DNA from: Ascidiella aspersa | Taxonomy: Eukaryota | NCBI GenBank assembly: GCA_963924565.1 | Contig: OZ004610.1 | Span: forward strand, 7,564,001 to 7,628,000 | Length of the DNA stretch: 64,000 bases | Reading direction: 5' to 3' | Shown: piece after piece, positions 12,834 to 26,500 of the stretch | How the letters are laid out: every line of letters starts with the position of its first letter | Position numbering within the stretch: position 1 is the stretch's first letter | Program-made: the position numbers and the translations under genes | The notes under the pieces: generated by a model | What the model saw: only the letters and a program-made list of their open reading frames with translations | What the model was told of the DNA's origin: nothing | Database searches by the model: none

Positions 12834-15800
12834 AGTGTCTATGGAGTATAGAATAGCGAACCGTTAAGAGACCTTTAACCTTTACCGATTTAAGATATGA
12901 TCAAATAAATATTGCCATTGATTGGACCTTCGACTCAATCGATCATGGTTTAGACAGCACTTTGAGGTGGTTGAAATGATGGTTTTAAATATTTTATTAG
13001 ACTGTTGTTTGTTTGTTTTAACTAGATAAAACAGCCAAACGAGGAAGCGCTAGAGACAGCCAAATGTTATTTAGTTTATAATATACTGGGTGGTCAACAC
13101 ATAAATTAAATTGTGGGCTCAGTTAAAATAACTAAACAATTTTTATTGTAGGTCGTAAACCAGAAGCATGACACTTTTTAAAGGTGTTTTTTATCGTTGT
13201 AAGAAAAATGTCCTAGTTGAAGAGAAATTGGTTGTGTATAACTTTACGAACACTGTGTAATAGGTACATTATAAGGCTAAACAGGTGCATTAAAGGTCAG
13301 GCCAAACCGCTTTACATGTCCTCCCTGTTAATCACATGCAGAGAAAAGAAGAAATGAAAGCTTCTTTCTTCAAGTATATATAATCAAGGTTTAGGTCGGA
13401 GACTTCCAATAAAAAAGCTTCATATAAAGATGCAATTAAAAGATGCAAAAAAGCTTCATATAAAGATACAATGGTGCAAAAATACGTCGTAATTCAGTTT
13501 AAGTTGTCCAAAGTTTAATTTTCGAGGGTGCTTTGTGGACGCGACGACTTTGGGTTAACAACATTTTACAATAATCATCCAAACAAAAATGTTTGCATTT
13601 GAGTATTTAAAATAGGAAAAAATACAGTTTTTGGAGGGGCAATGTTTTTTTTAAGGTGTTTTGGGGGACCGAAACGTTCCCCCAAATTTCTCCAGTGGTT
13701 TCCAAAATTTTGGACTTGCAACTTTTTGGTATTTAACTGAAACACTTGCGGTCTCTTGAAACTACTTAGCGGTCACCCAAACCAAACCTTAAAAAAAAAC
13801 CTGGGCATGGCTATCATTCCCCCCCTCCTCCCTTTGGATCGGCCTCCGGTCAAATGAATGAAATTTATGAAATTGAAGCATCCAACAGCAAAGGCAAAAG
13901 TGAAATGGAAACGCCCAAAGGCATTTAAATTGCATACTTAATGTCAAGTAATTTGAACTTCGCTACTCCGATACTGTGTTGCTGGTTTCGGTGCCGATCC
14001 GATACCAAACTAATATAGAAATTTCAGTCATAATTTGCGTTCCTAAGCAGCTATTCTACTTTTAACGAAAAACTTACCCCCGAAATAGAAAACAACTGGC
14101 TGTAACTACTTTATATACTTAACGCTAAGATTTTATCCAAATAACCTGGAAAACAATACCTTTAAGCGTTTTAATTTTATTTGTGTTGCTTGTTTGAGCG
14201 TAGTAATGACATCATTCGGTATAGGATCCGTTCGCTATAGTTTTTGTCGGAAATATTGCATATTGGAATAAAATATGAAGTATATCCCTAATCATAAAAA
14301 ATATAGTATGTGATCGCCATCTATATATACTATAATCCTAGTTTTTGCAAGTACCGAAAATACTACTTTGCATCGGTCGGCTTACAATGCCAGAGAAACC
14401 CGAAACCAAAACCTAAATGAAAATCGCAGTGAGAAACAAGTATTGAGTTTATCTGTGCAAGTTTTGAACTGACGTCATTACTACCTATTTGTAATAGCGC
14501 AGCTAAAAAGGTACACCTAGATGCGGGATCGATTAGGATACTTTGCGTTAGAGGTTTTAGCGCTCGATATGTCGTGATCTTTAGTTTTTACCTGCTATCT
14601 CCGTCTCACATTGAGTTTTGGCGCATTTTAGTCATTGAGAGCGACCTTTTAGTGTTCACGAGATGTCGGGTGTGGCTATATTTAAACGAATTTCGCAAAT
14701 TAGATTCGGTACTTCTAGTAACCCCTGTCTTTTTTGCACATCGAGAAGGTATATCTATTTTTTATCGCAATTGAATGGTATTATAAATTAATTTGACAGC
14801 AACTGTATTTTATATTTTGTAGAGTTTATAAAGTCACACGGCGCAAGATACCATTAGGATGCGCGAAGACTTTTGGAGTAGTATGCACAGAAACTAAGTT
14901 AGCAAATATGAGGGGGGTGGTGTTCCCCCTGGTGATCACAGCAAACCAACATTTTTGCTATCACTTATTGCACTTTCGTTTCTGCTTTATATTAACTACA
15001 AAAAAAAAATTGTTATAGACCACGTCATACCTTTATGAATTTTACCCCAAAGTCGTCACATTTGATGAATTTTACCCCAAGGCCGTTACTTATCCCAGCT
15101 ATTCAAAGCCCCTGATTTAGTGGGAGATTGGCGTCAGGGCAAAGTCCTCGGTTTAAAAGCATTTAGAAGCGCGTATCGATTCGACCTGCACCTACCTATC
15201 AGCTGTTCACCTGCATCCAGGCTCGAATATAAATATCCGGTCGTTAATTATTCACGTCTTCCTCCAACCCCCGTAACGCAGCTCGCATCCCATTTCGCCG
15301 TTTCAACCCGGGCCCTGTTGCGATTTGCGCATTACGTAATCGCTTCCGAGTGACGTCATTGCAAGTTTCGGCGACCAACCAAAAGTGGGGGTAGCGGTCC
15401 GACGCAAAACGATCTTGTTGTTGCTGTGTTAAATCAGCTGTGATTTCGCAGGTTTGTAGTTCTAAATCCTTTTGAGCTTCACTCAAAAATATATAAGTCT
15501 GATGTGTAACGAAATTAATTGGCGCATTTAAAAGACAAATCCTGAATTTAAGGAGCTTTTACAATTACAGGGATACCCAATAGTATAGGATCGGAGCCAA
15601 TAGCAAGTGGATAGTATCGGTGCTCGTCATATACTAGGCTGGAATCGGTGCCAATTTGATACTAAATTGACATTGGTATTGGCGCCAAAACTGTGCCATA
15701 AGTAAGCGATTTTACTTTAAAGAGTAAATGTGTCAAATTATAGTAAGTTAGCAAGTTGAGATAAAGCTAAACTCGTTAACACCACGACAAATATTTGGCC

Positions 15801-18383
15801 TTGGAATAACCTGCAAACCATTACCTTTGAACGTTTTAATTTCCGTTTTTCATGCTTGGGATTATCAATTGCGGCATTCGGTTTCGGATCGCAATAATTT
15901 TTGTTTAATATATCGGGTATCAGTGTCAGAATAACATGTTAAGTAGCGAACATCCCCATTCACAACCCTATACTTTATTTCGTCAAATTACAAGTATAAT
16001 TTGTTTTTAACATTGGGGCATAATGGGTTAAGTCTTGCATTTCTAAATCTGTTTAAAACGCCCAAAAGTGTTACACATGCAATACTAAAAATCTTCGTAC
16101 ATTGTGTTCTGTAAATCGTCGTAATTTGGTTTACCAGCAGCGCGAATAGAAATTCAGGGTAAAATTTTTAATTCCTGATTGAACAAGATTTAAAATTGCA
16201 GAGACTTTATTTTATTGGTGTTAACGCTGTGCTTTGTAGGAACATATTTCAAAATTGAAAGACGTGATAAATGGAAGAGAAAAATGTTTAATTTTTTTTG
16301 CGAGGCGTTCCTCAAAGTTCCGTCGCTCGACCATACATCGATAAACGGTTTTAAACAACTTAAATGATTTTTACTTCCCAGGGAGTTTGTTAACTTTGCT
16401 ACAACGCAAATCAAAAATCCAAATCGTTCGTTCAAATCAGCGACATTATGCATTTTTACGTCACAACGATACAGGTGTTTTCGGTGCCTCTGCATCACAC
16501 ACAAGGCTGGAAACCAAGGGTGGAATAAAACAGCAAATCACGTCAAGAACACAATAAAACCAAACAAAGAAACTCTGGATCACGTGACCACAACATCGGG
16601 CGTGGTCGTCACGTGACGCGATCATGTGACGTCACCGCACGGGACGTTGACGGAAGAGCTGCTCTCTGCCGCCGCCAAAGTTTAGGCGGATTTCCAGCGC
16701 TCGAAATAGTTTTTCGCTCGAATCGCTTCCCGCAAAACGAACTCGGCTCGAAACGATGACATTTCGATTTCGAGCGCTTGTTATGCATTCTGGTCGTTTT
16801 GCTGTGAAAACAAGTGACGTAATGTGCTTGTTTATGCGCGCCAGACGTATGTCGCCCCCTGAATTCGAGTTCACGCCAATATTTACAGACGGAATTGGAC
16901 ATTTTCGTGGTTTGTTTGGCCCAATTAGAGATGTTCGATGCTTGGAATTTTATTCCGGTACCGAATCTTTTTGGGCGAACAGTTCGACCGTACGATTTGT
17001 TTCTAAAGGTTATCAATGCTTAATAACAATATGGAATAATTTAAACGTTGAACTGTAGATTTTGAAGATTGTAAAGGAACCGACAAATGTGAAAGTGATT
17101 TATTTAAAAATAAGTAGAAAACGTTGGATTAAAATAGTGGATGCGCTGGATTAAAATAGTGGATATAATGCACAAAATTGGTATGAGATCGGCACCGGAA
17201 TCGGGAAAATTTCGATACTGACATCGGGTATCCCCTGTTCAAAATATTACAGTTTAAAAAACAAAAGGCTGTCTATTGTAATAACAAAACATTATGAACA
17301 CGATAAGGAAAACTCGCAACACCACGTGCTATTTTGTAACCGTCATTTGTGTGCGGAACCAGTCAAATTACAACTATACAACCTTGACATGAACCGTGTC
17401 AACCAGTAAAGTTGCACCCCAAGTATGTCAGTGTCATGACTCTTGACTTGGTTAAGAAAAGCATGTATATATCAGTAGAGGTACGCCCTACCAGTAAAAA
17501 TGTCTAAATCTTTTTTCATCAGACTATCAAGCCAACTTTTTAAAATATATACACTCATTTCAGTTGTACATTCGTGCATGACATTAAACGATACCCTCAG
17601 GTTTCCTATGGTTATTATTTTTGGATGTCTGGTTGTAACCATGTGACGTCATCTCTGAACATTTTCACGCCTTCCGTTAAGAACATTATTCTACTTCTAC
17701 CTCTGGTATGTATATATATATATGTTTGTTCAGGTATATATTTTGTATAAACATCCAGTTGCTGCTCAAGCGGTGTTGAATTGGTTGGAGAAACATGACA
17801 TTTGGACGCGCCTTAACCGCCTCCATTACACAGTTTAAAGAGCGGAAAATACCACTTCCACGCTCCTACTGTTATTTTGTGACTTCTTAAAAACTGCAAG
17901 GAATTTTTTGTCAGTGCTGTTGCTAATTTTGCACAATAAATTAATTATTTTACGCTTTTGTGTACCTAAGTCAGCAGCGCGTGGTCTCTACTGCTCTCTG
18001 GCGGCAGACAATAAAATGGTTCTATCGCATTAACTACGCGCCAAAACTTAAAAATTTTTCGCAGCACAGAAACAACAGGATTCAATAAAATCCAAGCAAT
18101 TATAAATAAACTAAATGGAAGCAATTTACAAATTATGCTATGTAGTATAGTCACCGCTTTAAGGTGCACACTGCACAGTACATATATTTGCGCAATTAAC
18201 CTTAATGTTTTAGACTCAACTATCTATCGAAGTTTAACAATAAACGTGGACAGGGTGTATAAGCGTTGAAAAATCACATAAACAAGGGGGGTTCAGTATG
18301 AATAAAATTACTATTCGTTCGAACTTTGGAATAACTTATCCTGATTTTGGTTTGCATACAGGATAAAACGAGTACATATAGAC

Positions 18384-18720
18384 CAGGGGTTCTTAAACTG
18401 GGGTCCATGGACCCCTTGGGGGTCCGTGAGCTGATATTAGGGGTTCCATGAACGCCTAATTAAAGAACTAGTGTATACTTAAAGTAAATAATTTTTAAAA
18501 GAAAACACTTTAATTCAAAATTAAACGGTTTTGCACTGAATGTATAGTTAGACTCATTTACCTTTCACATTTTTCGAACCGAAATAACAGAGTCATGAAG
18601 TCTATTTGTATTGTGACGTCAATTTATGACGTCATTTTGGAGTATTTCTTGTCTAACGGGGTCCATGCAAAGCAAAAAAAAATTTAGGGGTCCGCGGTAA
18701 AAAAAGTCTAAGAACCCCTG
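18384..18720. mobile_element. hAT-type MITE
   Basis: TIR CAGGGGTTCTT; TSD ATATAGAC. Confidence 0.88.
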
Positions 18721-20790
18721 ATATAGACAAACAAATACATAGACAGAAGTAAGGTTTGGACATTTCAAGTGTCATAGTGGCATTTGTTTAGTTTTATCCA
18801 ACAGATTATTTTAATGGCAAGTTTTAACACGGGTCATTCTTTTAATACAGGGGTGGGCAATTATATTCTACCCCAGGCCACATGAGAAACAAAAAAGGTT
18901 TGAGAATGCTGGGCCAAATATGGGATCTGAAATACATCATTATATTATGAAGGGTAATCGTTAAAAAATGTAAAACACAATGTTTTTACCAGCCGACGAG
19001 AGTTGGACAATTAGACTTTTTAAGTTGTATTTCAATAACATTGTTATGTATCATATAATTGGTTTAAAAAAATGATAAAAAAACTTGTATGACAAATAAG
19101 ACGGGGGGCGGATTAAATTTAATGCCGTGCTGGACTGCGAGCCTTAGTTTGCATAAGTCTGTTTTAAGACATGTAATAAAAAAGAGATACCGCACAATAA
19201 AGTCCATATTATTCTATTGTAGTGTACAATCTTTGAACAACTTACCGATTAGGTGGGAAGAATTGAAGAATTTCATACTTTCCGGGAACATAAAATATAA
19301 GTCCAATTTTTTTTCTTTTAACTGTAAACTCAACTTTTCAGCTATACTGTTACTTTCATTCAACTCTATATAGACATAAATGGTGAAATTGTCTTTTAGT
19401 GTAGGCCTAACTGACAATTGCTTACAGACAGTACAGTTTGTTGTAGCCGTTTGTAAAACTGCAATTTATTGCGTTGGCCTTTGTCCTAATTAAATCTGAC
19501 ACCTTCGCGCGAAAGTTGATCACATTTATTAGTATAGACCAGAATACTTTAGAACGGGGATGGGCAACCATTTTTAAAGTATCAGACCAAATGCCAAATC
19601 TCAACAGGTGGTAATAAGTTATCACTAACAATTTTAATTTAAACATGATTGTAGTAATTGTTTTTTTTTTTATGATTTAATAATAACTCTACATCCCACA
19701 TCAACGTTCTTACATTTAAAAACAACTGCTATGATTTTGGTAACAACCAAAATACACACGTGGGGCTTGGGTTCTCATAAATTAGTAAAAACACTCAAAA
19801 AACGATAAATTCATATAAATTAGCAAAACACCCTAAACGATTACTATTGCGTAATTCAGGGGCGTGATTCTTTAAGGGTCTAAGCGTGGTCGCTATAAAT
19901 GTTTTCAAAACTCAGACAGCAGCTACAGGATTGCTACAGTTTGTAAAAATTATGAGTCACTTGATTTAATTTGTCGGTTCGGATCTAATTCAATTATTTT
20001 AGCTAATATCGCTGCTAAACAAAAACTCGTTCAAATAAAAATTAAACACCTGCTTACATAACAGCCTTAGCTCAAATTAAGCTAAAATTAGATGATTTTT
20101 TTGGGTTCAGTAAAACACAGAAAGATTACATGACGGCCTTAGCTCACATTAAGCTAAAGTTAGACGTTTTTTTTTGGATTCGTTGAAACACAGAAAGCTC
20201 AGTCCCAAACCGCAATCACAACAAATTTCAGTTTCTCTGGGTAGTGTCCTCACCACTCGGTCTCACAAATACCGAAAACAGTTTTGGTTGTGGTTTTATT
20301 AAAAGCGAGGTACGCTTGTCGCCAGATGACGAGAAACAGGTGCACTGGTTCTTGTCGAAAGATAAGACCAGAGACGCTTTCAATGGGGCACCAGGCCATG
20401 CCCCTCCTCCTAAGTATATACGTTTTCCTAGCTTAGCTACGTAAATGTAAAATAAATTAGAAAAACTTGTTTAATTTTCTACTGTTTTAAAAGAAAACAT
20501 TTTAGAATAAAGCCATTGTACATCCCAAACTTCGCCTGGTAGAATTATGAACATTGCAATATAACGGTTAGCATAAATCAATTTCTGTGCATATTTGCGC
20601 ACGAGTTCGTCCGATAACAGCAGTTTTCTCAAGTTAACTTGCTTTATAACGAAGATAACTTTTGTGACACAGTTTTGTAATGTCGTTTCTGACAATTACA
20701 AGCCCTCCCGCCCCCCAAACAAAAATTATGCAACCCTTAATAGGCGGGTTTTTCAGCAAAGCGAATTCTTGCCTGCAACATACTGTAGTC

Positions 20791-21112
20791 CAGTGGTTCT
20801 CAACCGGGGTGCCGCGGCACTCTAGGCCTAGGGTGCCATTCTTAACGCTCAAGGGTGCCGAGAGATATTTCAAATTCTTTGGGATTCCAAGTTTTTCTTT
20901 ATTAGTAAGCTTCTTAAAACAATTTTTTGAGTACGATTAAAGCGCAACAAACCAGGAAGTTTTCCAACCTTGTACACGGTTGATGTGCCTTGTTTCAACC
21001 TAGTTTGTAGTGACGATGGCAACCAATTTGGAGAAATATCTATAGTAATGGTAGCACGAACTATTTATAATTCATATGGGGTGCCGCAAGATAAAAAGGT
21101 TTGGGACCACTA
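20791..21112. mobile_element. hAT-type MITE (related copy ~2268-2535)
   Basis: CAGTGGTTCTCAAC...TTGGGACCACTA termini; TSD CTGTAGTC/CTGTACTC. Confidence 0.75.
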
Positions 21113-23413
21113 CTGTACTCTGTGGACACCAAAACCGAAAACTATTCCTTTCCACAATCACTTTGAAATTACTGCCTTGCTAGACCAAACATCAGTAGCC
21201 CAATGTTGCGACGGCCCTAGTCAAATCTACTTAAAGCCAAGATAGAAATATCAAAGAATAAAGATTAGACTACAGAAAATTATCCACATTTAATTAGGAA
21301 CATTGATTAAGGGCTGAGCAAATAACTGTCCTTTTTTGTAGTTTCACCGCAAACGGAGTATGCTTTTACGAATATTGTATAGTTAGTGCGAAAAAATTCT
21401 TTATTTTTGAACGTTGGCCGTTTTGTTCAATTTAGGTAAAAAAATGTGCCAATGTAATAGAACGAATCGCCATTACTTTTCGCATAAATTTTATTTGATG
21501 ATAAATTTCGTGCATCCGGCTCTTTGTTTGATCGACGTAATAATCATTTGTGTGCTTTACACAGCAAACGTTAAGGCTATAACCAAATGGTATAGTTTTT
21601 AGAAAACTATAAGGCAACAAATGTGCAGAATTTAAGAACAATAAGTATATTAAAAATAATTCGATAAGTAAATAGACAGTACAAAAAAACAGGTTAGTTC
21701 GAAATTATTAAACTCCACTTAAAAGCAGAAAAACGACCTATTTTTTCCTTAGTTAGTTGTAAGTTGGTTTTGGTTGGTAAATCTGTTTCAAATCATTAAC
21801 TGATAAGTTGATATAAATCTAGTGATCGGTATGTGTTAAGTTTTGCCTGTTAAAGCCGTATCCTCAAAAGTTAACAAGCGTCAACATGTTTTACTGCTTT
21901 TGCGACTAAAGGTTTTTTGAGTGTAGGGCTTAAAACAAATGAGGATTTTAATTGGTATTTGAACGTTTAACACAGCATTTAACGTTTAGTAACCACGAGT
22001 TCATCTGATAAGTGTTTCAAAACATTTTATTTAACATGCAGACTGTAAAACAAAACTATATTAGCCTTTCTTGTATGCCGTAGAAACAAAATTTAGCTAT
22101 AGTTCCCTGCGAGCTAATTAGTTTCTTAAATCGTATGAAAATGACAATCCAGACCAAAGTACTAAATAAACTGCGACATGACAGCAAAAAGCACCCGAGG
22201 CAATATTCACGCAGTGATGTCGTGTATAACTCGCTCGACAGTTCTTATTCCTCAGTCGGTAGCTTTTGAGAAAGGTGCTGTGTATGAGGACCAAGCCATT
22301 GTATTATTGCGTTACTTGCATGAGCTTGTTTTTGTGATACTACCACAAGACATCAGAAATTCAGTTTTTTTTGTCTTCTCAGAGTGCGCAGTCGCTCTCA
22401 TTTGAATTGGAAGTCCAGCCAGTTACAAGACAGATGGTATTTAATTTCACGTTAAAAACAATTGATTTGCGTTTTCAAAAGTTGAAATAAGTATTGTTTA
22501 AAGCTATTTAGAATTATCAATATTTAGAATAGCTTAAAAGTTGCTCAAAACCAAGTCTAATAATTCAGTTTGTGAGAAGTTTATTATGCATTGAGGTTTC
22601 TCTTGTTACGGATATTTTAAATACTATACCAGTGGTTCCCAGCCTTTCTTTTGTCGGGACCTCTTTTAAGTTTTCGGCAACCTAAGCGACTCATTAACTT
22701 CGCTACACAATATTCTAGATTACAATCATTTACAATTTGAAGAAAATGTTTACATTTCTAGACAATAGTTTCAAAACTTGGCAAGAATGTACAAATTTAC
22801 GCCATAAGCGTAAAATTACGTGCGTCATCACCTTTTTTATTTCTAAGAAGAAAAATTTAATGTGCGCTTTTGATATAATTTAAAACAAATTTGACTTTCC
22901 GTAAAATTTAAAATTGACTTCCCGTAAGCTCAAAAGTAACTAAGAGTTTGATTTACTTAGATTAGGAAGACATTTTATAACACTATTGTTTTACGCATGT
23001 TTTTAAAATGTCCTGTTTGTCGAACCAAAACTGTTCAAAGGTGTTGTTCAATAGTGACGTAATCAACAAGACTGTTTCAGTGGAACAAATGCCATAAAGA
23101 TAATTTTTCACATTGACGGTTACTAGGTCGTTTCTGGTACTGCTAAATTTTTAGCCTATATTGTTGTTGTTTTTGTTGTTCATTTCTCGTTTAAGAAATG
23201 TAACTATGCGTAATAGGCTACTTAAAGAAAAATCTTCAGCTGGCCAATGTCTATTTTTCTATATTTAGCTATTCAATGTCTATTGTGTGTCTTGATGTTG
23301 GTAAGCAACTGAGAATTTTCAACAGGCTTTGTCTAGGAGGGTTGTACTTAACTGAAGAACTTTTTAACAGAGTTTTCTAAATCACATAAACTGACAATTT
23401 TAGCAGAAATACA

Positions 23414-23503
23414 ATGAAGAAGTTTATTTTAGCATATCTATTTGGGATTATTTATTTCTGCTCCTTCATTTCCACAAAAGCTGCCATGGACCCAGTTTTC
23501 TTC
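23414..23503 (+). CDS. GH9-like gene coding exon 1: signal peptide
   Basis: ATG 23414; MKKFILAYLFGIIYFCSFISTKAAMDPVFF; GTAAGT donor at 23504. Confidence 0.8.
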
Positions 23504-26500
23504 GTAAGTATTTTATGTCTATAATATTATTGCACGTTTCAAAAGACAAAAGCAAGAATCTTTTCAGTATTTAGGAATTATTCGAGAAACAATTTCGTCT
23601 GTGAGGGTGACAATCAAAACAAACGCAAAAACAAAGTTTAAGTTTTGAAGTGTTATTCATCAAACCAGAAAAAGTTACAATCGTGTCAGTGCTGGTATCA
23701 TGCGGATTTACGTCTATTGAAATATGCTCACTCAATAACCATTGGTTTATCACCACATAAAGCCACAAAACCGAATAAAGTTTAATTGTCTTCTTACCTA
23801 TGTCCCCATTGTATCTTCGTAGGAGATTTTCTTTGTGCATTGCATAGAAGTCTTAAACGCACGTCACACCGCGCAAGTTTTGGGTGAGGTTGGGGTTAGT
23901 CAGATACCCCAGCAAACGTTAAGTTCCAGCTGGCATTATTAGGGTTCAAAATAAATTTATCTCAATTAGGTAGATTTTTAGCACTATACAATCCCCGCCA
24001 AGAATATACCCACAGTGTTGTACTGACTTCAGTCATTGTTTTTAAAAGACTTGATTTGACTTAAGTCGGCTTGAGAAAATGACTTAACTTTACTTAAGTT
24101 ATTTGGTCAAATAACTTTACTTGGACTTAAGTCATTAAGTCAAATGACTCGAGTTGTAATTAAGTGTTGTCATTTAACATTGTATTATAAAATTAGGATA
24201 TTGGGCAACTTTTGATTTGGACTTAAATTTGACTTTTTTTTTAAATATAGCTTGACTTGGACTTAAGTTATTTCACAAATGACTTAACTGGGAATTAAGT
24301 CATTTTTAAATGACTTATTTACAACACCAGGGAGTCGAACCGTTTGACTTTTCCGGTTCAGGTTCGGTTCGGGTTCAAGGATTTTTTCGGAATCCGGTTC
24401 AGTTCCGGTTTCGGTTCGGAGAAATTTAAAAGTTCCGGTTCAGCTCCGGTTCGACCATCGCTATTTCAAAACCGGTTCATAAAGTTCCGGTTCAGATACA
24501 ATATAATTTGCGTTAAATCTCAAAATGTGGGTCGATAAATGTAGAAAATAATCTTTGAATTGTAAGTCATTTACTCTGAGTTACGTGACGTATTAAAAAC
24601 ACAGTAACTCATTATTGAAATATCTAAAAAAAAAAATCTGCGTTTTATTTATTCAATATTCATATTTTTTCATAAAATTTTGAGCATGGCGTAAGTTGAC
24701 TCTGTAAAATAGAAGTTGTGGCGTCATGCAGGAGCGAACCGCTTTTATTTACAGGTTTGGGTTCGGTTAAGGTTCAGGTACTTTCTAATTATTCGGTTCA
24801 GTTCCGGTTCGGCTCCTTAAAATCTTATAAAAACCGGTTCAGGTTCGGTTACGGTTCGGAAAAAATTGACCCAAAACCGCTTCATAAAGTTCCGGTTCGG
24901 TTCCGGTTCGACTCCCTGCTGTATACCCATTAATGTGAGGAAAAATGTTAAACAGTGTTGTAAACAAGTAATGATAAAATGACTTTAGCCTGAGTCAAGT
25001 CATTGCCAAAATAACTTCAGTCCAGTTGTTGGTAAAAGTGGTTTGCCTAACCTAAACAGAGGCCAAGTCAGGCCATTTGTTAGATTTAGAACTTCTGAAG
25101 TCAAATCGGATCGTTTTGCCCCAAATAGGATATACATACAGTAGATTTGGGTCAAGTGAGTCAAACCGTCAAAACACTACACTTAAACCTCGATCTTGCT
25201 TTGCAGTTTGAACAGGACCCATGGCAGAACCAGACGCACGTTGGCTACGTCGGTCACTTTAAGATCCCGGTCAACGTTGAGCTGCGTAAATGGTGGATAG
25301 CACTCATCTACACGCACAAAGTCACCGAGTTTGATGCAAGTGCTGGTAGTTTTGTTTTAGTTGTTGAAAGGACCAATAAATATAGTCGGCTTCACTGGGC
25401 AACTTATACTTTACCGACTGAAATAAAATGTCATTTCGAGACATGTGCTGCCAATAGTACTGTTAGGACCTTTTAGAATTTTGTTTATTTTACGCATTCA
25501 ACTTTTCGTGCCGATTTAAGCTGAACTTTTAAAGTTAATGCATAATTTTACAAAAACAATTATGCGTTGTTCTGAGAAAAATTAGAAAACCGTATACTTT
25601 TAGTTAATATTTTTGTTTGAGTTGTGCAAAGGGTCAATGAATAGAGTTAGAAGGCAAATTGTATTTAACCGACTGACATAAAAAAAAAACTGTTTCGAAG
25701 AAAATAATGTCAATGCTACATTTAGGACGTTATACATCCATAAATTTTCAACAATTTATGCTTTGTTTTATTAAAAAGTCGGAAAGTCTTTACATTAAGA
25801 CTAGGCTATTGTTTTCGCCGGTCGAAAATCACAGTACAAATTTTAAAAAAATATTAGATAATAAGCCGTTGTTGGATAAAAGCGTGGACCCCCAGGATAT
25901 ATAACGACGTACTGCAAAAAACAAACAAGTTAGGAATGACTGAATAAAAAATCGCATTTTGGAATCAAAAAACGGACTTTTTCCAACATGTCTAATGTTG
26001 CTTAAAACGAATATACTGTTTGAGATGTAATTCAAAGACAGGCGTTTTTTCTTGGAATTTATCTCATTTTTAATAAAGCGATATAGCCGAAATTTAACAC
26101 TCGCTGTAATGTGATCCCAGGCTTGGCAGGCGCGCTACTGGAAGTCAAGCGATGATGGAAAGATTGTCTTCGTCAAGAACAAATCGTGGAACGGAAGGCA
26201 GAGACCAGGAGGAGTGTTGGATCAAAGGTCAGTTTCAAAATTAAAGCTTATACTTTGGAGCATACAATGGTTGGAAGTTGTAGTGAAACAAGAACACCCG
26301 AGTTGTTCATTTTCAATATCTTTGTTGAACTTCTATGTTGAAAATGAATCAAGAGTTAAACGTTCAAAATTATACCTATACTTCTGTATGGGCGGTGATA
26401 TTCTTACTGAAGCTTATACTCTTTAAGTACTCATCAACGATGGACGACAGGTTGTAGGACTAGACCCTATAGGGCAGGGGTCGGCAACCTTTTTCTAGTC

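Noticed and set aside
16190-17058. Cluster of overlapping ORFs, considered as a THAP/transposase remnant
   Set aside because: No THAP C2CH or DDE motif could be traced; probably a decayed non-autonomous repeat whose ends I could not define
22381-22436. Possible non-coding first exon of the GH9-like gene (ends ATG|GTATTT)
   Set aside because: Weak donor, and the ATG is out of frame with 23414 for both nearby acceptors; the acceptor at ~23403-23406 could equally be a trans-splice site. Unsupported without transcripts.
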